A DNA stretch of 32,000 nucleotides from Candidatus Scalindua sp. (GTDB lineage Bacteria > Planctomycetota > Brocadiia > Brocadiales > Scalinduaceae). How positions within the stretch are numbered: position 1 is the stretch's first letter; each line of letters opens with the position of its first letter. The stretch is taken from positions 4,110,001 to 4,142,000 of the forward strand of contig JALDRA010000001.1 of the NCBI GenBank assembly GCA_031316235.1, given 5' to 3'. The notes beneath the pieces were generated by a model. It worked only from the letters and a program-made list of their open reading frames with translations. It had not been told where the DNA came from and did not search any database. A program made the translations under genes and the position numbers. Below, one piece after another: positions 1 through 8,177 of the stretch.

Positions 1-1036
1 GATAGGTATAAAACTTGTCAATTTTATCTTGAATATCTTGAGTTCGGGCTTTCATCTTTCCAAGACCGCCAAGCACCTCTTCATGGTAACCATAATATAT
101 TCTTGTCAGAGTCGCCTCACACCACTGTAGAGACTCTCTTGTCTCTTTTCCGTAATGGGCATTGGCTACACCATGGACATACTCCGAGCAATGGTAATAG
201 TCGAGAATCTCTTTTGCCGAGGGAAATATTTCTTTACATCGGTTCCAGATCCAGGGAGCACCGTCTCCTATAATTCCCAGGCGTATCTTCTCGTGGGGAA
301 TAAGCCCGGCTTCTTTGATCTTAACCAAGTATTCTGCTAATTCGTGATCTGCACAAACCTGGTGCCAGCTAATTAAATGAATAATAGTTTGACCATCGAT
401 GAGATACAGTCTAAAACCTTTAATCTCTTTGTATTCTCCCTTGCCTCTTTTCCCTTTACGGGGGTGAGGACTTGGCTCGGGACGCATCGGCCCGTGGGCT
501 CCATCCAGGGCAAGCATCATAATGGGACGACGAAACTTATCCACTGAGAGGTTTTCTATCTGCTTATCAATCTCTTCCCTGGGCGGGCAGACATCCAAAA
601 TTCCCACTTCTTGACCAATGGCATTCGTGGTCTCATGCATATGATGTTCACTCAGCTTTACTCCGGTTATTCTCTCGTAGGTTTCGCTGGCCGTCTCATA
701 GGCCGTTTCGCTTGACAACCAGGCTTCCACATCTTGCACATCATATTGCTTCGATGATTCAGACAATCCAAGGGCTTCGTCTAAAGGATAGTATCCTAAA
801 CGACACGCTCTGCAATAAAAATAAGGCCTGGTTAATTCAAATTGTCCGGCAAGGGTTTGGATAGTCTTGGATTGTTTTCCTTGTCTTTGCATACCCTTGC
901 CGCATTCGGGGCAATCGCAGCTTTGCTGATTCAATAAATGTCCAAATTTCCTCTCTATGAACCCAAGAATCAGTTGTCCTAATATCTCCGCTCTCTCTTC
1001 GAAAACAGCTTTTGAGATTTCTCCTAAATCTTCCAT
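1..1036 (-). CDS. DDE transposase, ISKra4-family-like; the C-terminal part lies outside the window
   Basis: Own minus-strand translation. The ORF is missing from the supplied track because it reaches no stop inside the window. Sequence: MEDLGEISKAVFEERAEILGQ...CDCPECGKGMQRQG...YFYCRACRLGYYPLDEALGL...MLALDGAHGP...IIGDGAPWIWN...ILDYYHCSEYVH. Two Cys pairs (zinc finger) followed by a DDE-type core is the layout I associate with ISKra4-family transposases. ATG at 1036. In-frame alternative starts are GTG at 1132 and 1129 and TTG at 1141. The upstream in-frame stop is at 1154-1156. Confidence 0.7.
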   Translation of the reverse strand, partial: MEDLGEISKAVFEERAEILGQLILGFIERKFGHLLNQQSCDCPECGKGMQRQGKQSKTIQTLAGQFELTRPYFYCRACRLGYYPLDEALGLSESSKQYDVQDVEAWLSSETAYETASETYERITGVKLSEHHMHETTNAIGQEVGILDVCPPREEIDKQIENLSVDKFRRPIMMLALDGAHGPMRPEPSPHPRKGKRGKGEYKEIKGFRLYLIDGQTIIHLISWHQVCADHELAEYLVKIKEAGLIPHEKIRLGIIGDGAPWIWNRCKEIFPSAKEILDYYHCSEYVHGVANAHYGKETRESLQWCEATLTRIYYGYHEEVLGGLGKMKARTQDIQDKIDKFYTY

Positions 1037-1164
1037 TGAGTACTCTTCCTCAATCTTATCCAATCGGGTGTCTAAAAAACCATAAAATAAAGCTCTCCAG
1101 TTATCGGATGACTCTATCTTTCTTTTCACCACACAAGTCAAAAATACCCCCTTTCAAAAGACTT

Positions 1165-1830
1165 CTATCGCTCCCTGAATACATCTATGGCGAATAGTAA
1201 CGCCTGACGTTCTAATACAGGCATGGATTTAAGTTTCGCTGTCCACCTTTTGGTCTTCCTCTTTATCCGTTCCCGCTCACGAAAGTTATTGCCAAGATAA
1301 CGATAGTCGTGCAGTCCTACCGGAACACTATAGTTCATCCATAACCACTCCGTTGCTACGCCATGATGACAGACGGCCTGAAAAGAATGTGTCTGCCAGC
1401 TACGCAATGATTCTTTGTATAAGGTTGACTCGTAACCGGATATCATCACCATGCAGGGAAGAGTTTTCAAAACTTCCAAAAGTTCGATGTGCTGCGCACG
1501 GCTATAGTCATATTTATATAGCCGTCCATACTTTTTCCTTGTCTCGCGAAGATATGGTGGGTCACAATATACCAGTTCTTTTCCTGTGAAATGATAATTA
1601 TTCAGATAATTAATTGCGTCATCATGGACCAGTTCAAAACCTATTGGATGCATATTTGTCCACATCTCAACAACTTCCGAGTCAATTTCTATCCCAAAAT
1701 TACTCCTGGCAGGTCGTTTGTTCCGTATAACAGCGCCACCACCCAAATGAGTCTCTATGTAGACATCATGGGGTGGCATAAGATTGATTAACTTTTGGAA
1801 TACACCTCCTTTGCCGCCTGGATAATTCAT
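1165..1830 (-). CDS. N6-adenine DNA methyltransferase, D12 (Dam-like) class; no partner nuclease visible
   Basis: 221-aa ORF. N-terminal YPGGKG-type SAM-binding start (MNYPGGKGG) and catalytic DPPY motif (VYCDPPYL). Ends with TAG. Confidence 0.85.
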   Translation of the reverse strand: MNYPGGKGGVFQKLINLMPPHDVYIETHLGGGAVIRNKRPARSNFGIEIDSEVVEMWTNMHPIGFELVHDDAINYLNNYHFTGKELVYCDPPYLRETRKKYGRLYKYDYSRAQHIELLEVLKTLPCMVMISGYESTLYKESLRSWQTHSFQAVCHHGVATEWLWMNYSVPVGLHDYRYLGNNFRERERIKRKTKRWTAKLKSMPVLERQALLFAIDVFRER

Positions 1831-1874
1831 GGAAGAATTATCGTTGAAAACAACGAGGAAGTCAAGATCTTTTA

Positions 1875-3101
1875 TTATATTTTACAAAAAATCGGGAATG
1901 CTCCCGTTGTATTATCAGTAGCAATAGCGGTTACCGTATGGCAGGCTCCTGTGAGAAAAGCCATTGTTCCAAATGCATCATTCGGATGCAATGTCAGCAA
2001 AGCCCGAGTCTTATCACCAGGATCAATGAGAGCCACCTCACCACACTCTATGATGTACATGCGGTCCGCATACTCATTTTGATGAAAAAAAGTATACCCC
2101 TTCTCATGATTCTTGGTAAACACGCGTGTAGCGATTTCCTCAATGTCTTCCAACTCAAGGCCGGAAAAGAAAGGAACACGTCTTATTTTATTGACGACGA
2201 GTTTGAATTCATCATCACGGCGTACTAATGGTACAGCCTCCAGCAATACTCCTTCTTTCTGCAAGCTTTCTAATGCGGATGATACCCAGCCTTTTGCGCC
2301 ATCATAATCCATTCCGTGACGTTCCTGCAGATACTGAATTATATCCTTGCCATGGAGGAATAAACGGAGAGCATTTCTGAGTTTCGGGGAACCTTTTAAA
2401 CACTTGTTGAATTCTCTGCGTGAAAGGGTCCATACTCGAATATCCGTTGTGGTAACTGCTACTGTCTGGTGCGGTGCACCGGTAAAAAAAGCCATTCGCC
2501 CAAACGAATCATTCTTGTGAAGCACCCTGAACGGTCTCATGTTTTGCTGAGGATCAAGGAGTTCAACCTGGCCGTCCTCAATGATGTACAACCTTTCACT
2601 CGGGTCATTTCTGTGATAGAGCGTACTGCCTTTTGGATATTTGCGAAAAACCACGGACGTAGCAAGACTACGTACTTCATTTCGTGGAAGATCTTTAAAA
2701 ATCGTTAGCAGTCCTATGTGTTTCAGCACCCTCTTAAATCGAACGCGCCTCTGTCGTTGCAGATAGTAGATGGTTGTCGAAGATTTCCGTAAAAATCCGC
2801 CGTGGTTATTTATTATCTGGTTTAAGACTATAAAAAGTAATCCACCAAAAAGAGCTCCCAGAGCCAGTGAAGAGAACTCGCCTTTCTCGAGGGCCGATCC
2901 CACAAGGTCTATGGTAAGCGCTGCAAGAAGCGCTCCACCTCCGAACGCCATTAGAAATGCCAGCACACGGTCTCTTGGTTTCCAGAATGCGGACGTAATT
3001 GCCCCCAGGGGAAGAGAACAGGCACTGATAATTGCCAAAATGAAAGCTTGAAACGCAATGTTTGACATACTATCGCCCCCCCCCCACAAAAGCACCTTCA
3101 T
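1875..3101 (-). CDS. Membrane protein with two tandem cyclic-nucleotide-binding (cNMP) domains
   Basis: 408-aa ORF. About 100 hydrophobic N-terminal residues form 3 predicted TM helices (GGGALLAALTIDL, LALGALFGGLLFIVL). Two CAP/cNMP-like modules follow (FGRMAFFTGAPHQTVAV and FGTMAFLTGACHTVTAI). Alternative start ATG at 3068 (MSNIAFQ). Confidence 0.8.
   Translation of the reverse strand: MKVLLWGGGDSMSNIAFQAFILAIISACSLPLGAITSAFWKPRDRVLAFLMAFGGGALLAALTIDLVGSALEKGEFSSLALGALFGGLLFIVLNQIINNHGGFLRKSSTTIYYLQRQRRVRFKRVLKHIGLLTIFKDLPRNEVRSLATSVVFRKYPKGSTLYHRNDPSERLYIIEDGQVELLDPQQNMRPFRVLHKNDSFGRMAFFTGAPHQTVAVTTTDIRVWTLSRREFNKCLKGSPKLRNALRLFLHGKDIIQYLQERHGMDYDGAKGWVSSALESLQKEGVLLEAVPLVRRDDEFKLVVNKIRRVPFFSGLELEDIEEIATRVFTKNHEKGYTFFHQNEYADRMYIIECGEVALIDPGDKTRALLTLHPNDAFGTMAFLTGACHTVTAIATDNTTGAFPIFCKI
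3076..3085. repeat. Homopolymeric C10 tract (G10 on the coding strand of the cNMP-domain gene)
   Basis: Read directly: tatcg-cccccccccc-acaaa. It lies inside codons 6-9 if the gene starts at 3101, or 7 nt upstream of the alternative ATG at 3068. Confidence 0.95.
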
Positions 3102-3186
3102 ATCTTGATGATATGGGCTTTCATTTTTTTGTTTATCAATGGATTAGTGTTTTTTTATATTGGTCATTGCCTACCATCGATGGAAA

Positions 3187-3298
3187 TATACCCATCTCAT
3201 ACGGGATTTCGGATAAAATCCGAGATAAATTTGAGCAAGTACAAGTCCTCGACGCTTTTTGTCCGGGGATACCTTCACCAATATTTGGTTTTAGTATA
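3187..3298 (-). repeat. Intergenic TATACT-repeat, copy A (lacks the 28-nt hairpin-1 block)
   Basis: Aligns by eye to the copies at 11418, 12572, 18519, 18874, 19394 and 23548. Ends are tatacccatctcata ... ggttttagtata. Forward orientation is defined as TATACTAAAACC...GATGAGTATA. Confidence 0.9.
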
Positions 3299-3754
3299 TC
3301 AGCACGTGTGCCTGTTGATTCTCCATTCGGTTAACCATTTTAAATGGCCTTCCTCCATCTTGATGATACCATTATATTTTTCAATTGTTTCGTTATCAAC
3401 CAAATCCACTAATAGCCATTTTTGTTTCCTGTACATCTGAATACCCCTGTGCTCAAGGAGTATGTCCGTCATTACAATCGTATTTTGCCCTCCAATAGTA
3501 CTCAGCAAGGCAAAAACCAGACAGAGCAATCTTGTAATCTTTTCAAGTGGCAGAGAACGGCTGCCGTATTTTGTGATAATTTTACAGAGTTCTCGCTTAT
3601 GCATGTTTTCATCACTACCAAATACTTGAAGCTTTCGTTTCAGGGTGTTATCCTTTACCATCTTCGCCTGAAATTTATAAATGGCAGTGGCTCCAACCTC
3701 TGTGAGATGATTAAACTGCAATAATAATAGTAATCTTCTTGGAAGTGCCGACAT
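3299..3754 (-). CDS. Ferritin-like di-iron protein, COQ7 (demethoxyubiquinone hydroxylase)-like
   Basis: 151-aa ORF. NHLTEVGATAIYKFQ resembles the COQ7 N(H)AGE.GA..IY.GQ motif. Further carboxylate/His pairs: DENMH, LLEH, MEEGH. It is shorter than typical COQ7. Confidence 0.55.
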   Translation of the reverse strand: MSALPRRLLLLLQFNHLTEVGATAIYKFQAKMVKDNTLKRKLQVFGSDENMHKRELCKIITKYGSRSLPLEKITRLLCLVFALLSTIGGQNTIVMTDILLEHRGIQMYRKQKWLLVDLVDNETIEKYNGIIKMEEGHLKWLTEWRINRHTC

Positions 3755-3810
3755 GAAGCAAATTTTGAATTGGATTTAAGAGAAGAAAGCCAGCCCCGGG
3801 GATCTCGCTT

Positions 3811-4467
3811 TTAAATGTTCCGATAAATTCCGCACTCTTTCCATATGTTACACTCCTTTTTTTGATCAGGACCTTTGGTAATATCGTAATGGTTTTTGTT
3901 TACGGGTAACTTATTCAATAGAATATATTGGTTAATTTTACAATAATCCCAATCTAAAATTGGAAGTATTTGATATAATCCTCTATTAAATTGAACAAAA
4001 TTTATTTTTTTCCTCTCTTCTGTCTCATAACTCATGACTCCTCCCAACCACGCTTTAGCTTCCAGTTCCTTAAATCCTCTATTGAGAGGCTCATGCTTTA
4101 TCATAGACACAACGTCATGGAAACAGGGAGAATCTGGATCGCTCCAATTGGGGTACTTCTTTTCAATTTCATTTCTTGAAATTATGCTTTTATACACTTT
4201 AACATCATACCCTTCATTTTCGAAATATTTAATCATATTGTGTGTACAATCATTGAAATATCCAATATCTACAAATATTATAGGCGGGCAAAAACCCAAT
4301 ACATCTCTTGTTAAGTTTGGTAAAACTGCTGATGTTTCACCACCGCTTGTTGTCAAGAGCAATCTCTCCTTAAATGTTTCGTATGCCCACAGGATTCTCT
4401 CTTTACTATCTTTAGTAATGAACTCTTTATTGGTATTTTTTAAATCTATTTTCTTTTCTAATTTCAT
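3811..4467 (-). CDS. Phosphoadenosine phosphosulfate (PAPS) reductase family protein, CysH-like
   Basis: 218-aa ORF. TTSGGETSAVL PP-loop-like segment, IIFVDIGY, and C-terminal KECGIY resembling the CysH ECGLH catalytic motif. The gene is very AT-rich. Confidence 0.75.
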   Translation of the reverse strand: MKLEKKIDLKNTNKEFITKDSKERILWAYETFKERLLLTTSGGETSAVLPNLTRDVLGFCPPIIFVDIGYFNDCTHNMIKYFENEGYDVKVYKSIISRNEIEKKYPNWSDPDSPCFHDVVSMIKHEPLNRGFKELEAKAWLGGVMSYETEERKKINFVQFNRGLYQILPILDWDYCKINQYILLNKLPVNKNHYDITKGPDQKKECNIWKECGIYRNI

Positions 4468-4751
4468 AATTGGTTACCGTAATCATATTTGAAATTAAAA
4501 TTATTTCCCGATGAATAACATGGATGAAAGGTAACTCAACGTTAACAGAGTAATACCATTCTTCAATTTTTTGTGACCTCAGTCCCCTATTATACTATTG
4601 AATAAATGTATCAAGCTCCATTATACATTTCAATGGAACCAAAAGTACATAAGTTGGATGTATATTATATTGAAACATTTCACTCTTTACAACACATACT
4701 TAGGGTTCAGAAAAAAATAACCTGGTATGCTGCCGGGCACAGTTTTAATCG

Positions 4752-4794
4752 GGTCCGGCTTGATCGCATCTGGCAGATCTGATCGAGCCGGACC
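4752..4794. repeat. 43-bp imperfect palindrome (18 of 21 arm positions pair) inside a GC-rich non-coding island
   Basis: ggtccggcttgatcgcatctg-g-cagatctgatcgagccggacc. The surrounding 4730-4900 is clearly more GC-rich than the AT-rich spacer beside it, and no frame gives a convincing ORF. Confidence 0.8.
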
Positions 4795-4905
4795 GTAAGC
4801 GTATCCCGAGCTACACTGAGATTCAGCAGGTAAAGAGCGGACGAAGGTCAGCCCGAAAATCAGACACCGCCTGCCTGACGCCGTTCATGAGGAGAGGATG
4901 TCAGA

Positions 4906-5463
4906 TTATTTTTTCCCGGAACCCCGCGTCTCAGTACTACTTTTTTCATTATGCAGGGTACAGAGAATAAAGTATCCTGCAAACCACATCTGCTTCCTCC
5001 AGGGCAACTTGTAGTACGCCTGCCCCAGCAGAAGACCATCACTGATTTTTCTTACATCATCCACAAGCCCAAAAAAAGACAACCAATATGGTCTATAGTC
5101 TAAAGTGAGACAGGGTTCTTCATCAATATATGCATTTTTAATGTAGGTATCAAACTTAAATAGATAAGGGGGTATTTTATTTTTAAATAAATTAATACCA
5201 AAACCCTTTTTCTCTTTACCAAATGGAGTAATAAAATTTTTACCCGACCACTGTCCCAGAGGGCTTTTAAAGATCATTCTTATCATGTACCGCAACCATA
5301 ATGGATTTTCTGGATTTAAAGCAAGGATTGCACCTGCGGTCTCTCCTTCAATTTCATGGAAAATGGGCAGAGTTTTTCTGTTAAAGATCGCATCAAGATC
5401 ACTGATGGAACATTTTTTAAATTCTTGAATAATCTGTTCTGCATCGGTTTTGGAGTAACGCAT
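4906..5463 (-). CDS. GXWXG / DUF4334-like protein
   Basis: 185-aa ORF containing GQWSG (a G-x-W-x-G motif) at the expected position. Size matches that family. Last gene of the rSAM-PKS operon. Confidence 0.55.
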   Translation of the reverse strand: MRYSKTDAEQIIQEFKKCSISDLDAIFNRKTLPIFHEIEGETAGAILALNPENPLWLRYMIRMIFKSPLGQWSGKNFITPFGKEKKGFGINLFKNKIPPYLFKFDTYIKNAYIDEEPCLTLDYRPYWLSFFGLVDDVRKISDGLLLGQAYYKLPWRKQMWFAGYFILCTLHNEKSSTETRGSGKK

Positions 5464-5576
5464 TGAACCTTACCAGGTAAACGGGATTTCTTTTGTTTAT
5501 TTATCACCTCGTGAAGATCGTACGGAAATAGTCTGAAATTGAGAGCTGAAAATGCCAGGTTATTCTTTCCTGAGCC

Positions 5577-6644
5577 CTAAGCTTTCAAGAGGAATGCATG
5601 AGCACTCAAGCCGGCTCCAAATGCTGTCATTATACACCAATCTCCGGAATTAATGCTTGTATGTAAAAGCTCCTCCAGCACAAATAAGACTGTCGGAGAT
5701 GACATATTCCCGTATCTGGTCAGAATATTGCGGGTTACCTGAAGTTTTATTTCAGAAATTCCCAGTTCGTCTCTGACTGCGTTGATTACGTTTTCCCCGC
5801 CCGGATGGATTGCCCAGTGATGAATATCCTCTATTTTCAACCCTCTAGGTGTTAGAATATCCATCACAACCTTTGCAACTGTTTTACTTGCAAACTCTGA
5901 TAATTGCAAAGAAAGCCGGTTATGTAATTGTCCGTTTCGGTATATGTATCGAATTTCTTCCCGATATTCAGGCATACATCTGCTCGCAGATGCAATAAGT
6001 TCCAATTTCCCGGGACGGCTCCACAGAACAGACGCTGCAGCACCATCAGCAAAGATCGCATTTGAAACAATCAAGCTTAAGTTGTCTGCCATCTGAAAAG
6101 TAGCACTACAAATCTCTACAGAGACACTTACGATAACCCCCTCTCTATCCCCTTTGATCATATCCCTGCAGACCTGTAAATTAGGAACCGCACCTCCACA
6201 GCCGCTGCCTACAAGATCATGGATCCGAGTCTGTGCAGATAAGCCAAGTTTCTCTATAAGATACGTAGAAATACCGGGACAAATGTAACCCGTACATGTA
6301 TTGACCACTAATCCGGTTATTTCATCTGTCGTGATCCCAGCCTGATCAATAGCCTTATTAATAGCCTGAGAGGAAAGTTCAACCGCCCACTTCGTAAAAC
6401 GGTCAATACGGCTGTCAGGATCTTCATTCACAAGAGACTCAAGATCTTCCACTGCAATGTGGCGCATTTTCATACTTGGATGGGCAAAGATCTTAGCCAA
6501 TTTTGATAAACTCCTGGGCCCTAAAATATTCGAATAATGGTCTCTGAGAAATACTTCGGCTTCTGACTGATTTACCACATAAGGAGGTGCAGCAACAGCA
6601 AGAGAAGCAAGATACACACTTTCACTATTTATATTTCCTGGCAT
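5577..6644 (-). CDS. Type III polyketide synthase (chalcone/stilbene synthase family)
   Basis: Catalytic triad context: GSGCGGAV (Cys), WAIHPGG (His), YGNMSSPTVLF (Asn). The track ORF extends to 6860 but overlaps the upstream gene by 187 nt. The ATG at 6644 (MPGNINSESVYLASLAVAAPPY) gives a typical 355-aa protein. Ends with TAG. Confidence 0.85.
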   Translation of the reverse strand: MPGNINSESVYLASLAVAAPPYVVNQSEAEVFLRDHYSNILGPRSLSKLAKIFAHPSMKMRHIAVEDLESLVNEDPDSRIDRFTKWAVELSSQAINKAIDQAGITTDEITGLVVNTCTGYICPGISTYLIEKLGLSAQTRIHDLVGSGCGGAVPNLQVCRDMIKGDREGVIVSVSVEICSATFQMADNLSLIVSNAIFADGAAASVLWSRPGKLELIASASRCMPEYREEIRYIYRNGQLHNRLSLQLSEFASKTVAKVVMDILTPRGLKIEDIHHWAIHPGGENVINAVRDELGISEIKLQVTRNILTRYGNMSSPTVLFVLEELLHTSINSGDWCIMTAFGAGLSAHAFLLKA

Positions 6645-6673
6645 ATATTCTCTTAATAAAATATCAGGTACAA

Positions 6674-8101
6674 TTATAAATCCATCCCTAACCAACTGAG
6701 CCCCCTTCGAATGTAACGGGTCTGTTTCCAGAGCGGAGGTTTGACTCCCAGCCAATAACCCAGGGAACTCATCACCGGCAGAAAAGGCAGACTCATGGCC
6801 TTTGGATTGATAAAATTCATGTGTGCGGAGAGACTTGCGTAAATTTTTTTCCTGAGCCACGCCAGTTGAATATTAGGTGAGAGGTAAAAAACCGGTTCAA
6901 GCATTTCGAGGGGTGAGATGCGTAATAACCCTTCATTCCTTGCGATTTTTTCGAGTTCAGTTCCTGGATATATGCGTATTCCAATCATGAAAAGAGCAAC
7001 ATCTCTCTCTCCGATAAACTTTTCAGCAAAGTCGAGGGTTTCCTGTGCTGTCTCCTCAGTTTCACCCGGACCACCGAACATGAAGATCCAGAGACAGGGT
7101 ACCTTGTGACGTTGAACAACCTCAGCGCTCTTATAAACTTCCTTTGAAGTGTAACCCTTTTTAAGACGTTCAAGGACAGGGTCAGCCGCACTCTCAACCG
7201 TAATTCCAATACCGACAAATCCTGCCTTCTCCATCATTTCAATAAGGTTATCGTCTATAAAAAGAGGATTCAACTCAACTGTTTGAAGACGGATGTTTGT
7301 TTTAAACTTCACAATAGTATCACACAAGGCTATTGCATGGTCATAGGGCGAGTTAAAAACGTTATCAACAAATTCAATATCTCTCATCCCCCTTTCCCCA
7401 AGATCTATAATCTCATTTACCAGAGTATCTGTATCACAGAGACGGTAATCGCTGCCTTCAATCTTTCTGTAGGTACAGTAAACACACTTAAAGTGGCACC
7501 CCAGCTTCGTTTGTACAGGTACCGGAGAAAACCTGGAGAGATAAGAAGGCATATGGATCCAACGATGAAAATCTGGCAGCAGACTGTTACCCGTAAAACG
7601 TTCGCTGAAACCGGTATTAATTCTGAAACCAGTTTCATCAAACCACGCTACACCAGGAATATTGTTCGGAACATCTTTTTTTGAAAGCGCGCCTAACAAT
7701 TTTGGAAAAACTTTCTCTCCATCACCTAAAACTGCCTAATCTGCCCCGGTAAATCTGAGTAGTGCTTCCGGCATTACACTTACTGCTGCCCCCCCGAGTA
7801 CAATCATCGCAGATGTTTTACTTCGAACGGTTTCTACAAGTGGTGCCAAATCCCCGTAGAACGCAGCAGGTTGCTGCATATCGTTATTGTCAATGTTACG
7901 AAAGGAAATCCCAACAACATCAGGCTGTGTCCTGTCGATTACTGAACGCAATGTACCTAAAGGATCCCGTTCAAACATTAAATCCAACGTCCGAACCTGA
8001 TGACCTGCCCGTTCACAATACTCTGCAACGATGCATGCACCAAGAGGAATAACGGGAATCGGTGTACGATATCGATTGGTTATAATGAGAAGTACGTTCA
8101 C
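6674..8101 (-). pseudogene. B12-binding radical SAM enzyme interrupted by a single in-frame TAG (7736-7738); either a pseudogene or dependent on read-through
   Basis: ORF 7736..8101 is the B12-binding domain. ORF 6674..7699 carries the CHFKCVYC (CxxxCxxC) radical SAM core. Both are in the same frame. Translation across the junction is RFTGAD*AVLGDGEKVFPKLL, where homologues normally read AD-Y/F-xx-GEGE. Confidence 0.8.
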
Positions 8102-8177
8102 GGTTCAATTCATTAATTTTATTGCAATCTCACAAGACAGCAACTGCGATTTCAGATTCACCTCAAGCTTACATCTT

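Noticed and set aside
1875-3101. The TM protein with cNMP-binding domains as the effector of a Pycsar/CBASS-like cyclic-nucleotide defence system
   Set aside because: No nucleotide cyclase or CD-NTase-like gene lies adjacent. The neighbours are a Dam-type methyltransferase and a repeat copy. Tandem cNMP domains on membrane proteins are common outside defence systems.
3105-3440. Track ORFs spanning repeat copies (3105..3440, 3062..3334, 12359..12706, 19324..19506, 23532..23822)
   Set aside because: Their similar peptide segments (for example HTGFRIKSEI.LS.YKSS.LFVRGYLHQ) simply reflect translation of the repeat. They lack ribosome-binding sites and overlap real genes or intergenic repeats.
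4730-4900. A tRNA, a known riboswitch or a small protein gene in the GC-rich island
   Set aside because: There is no T-loop (GGTTCGAAT-type) and no cloverleaf. No B12 box or other motif was recognised. The longest ORFs are about 20-55 codons without ribosome-binding sites.
5577-6860. A 427-aa PKS with a 72-residue N-terminal extension, as given in the ORF track
   Set aside because: The extension overlaps the 3' end of the radical SAM gene by 187 nt and has no PKS-like sequence. The ATG at 6644 gives the canonical N-terminus and length.
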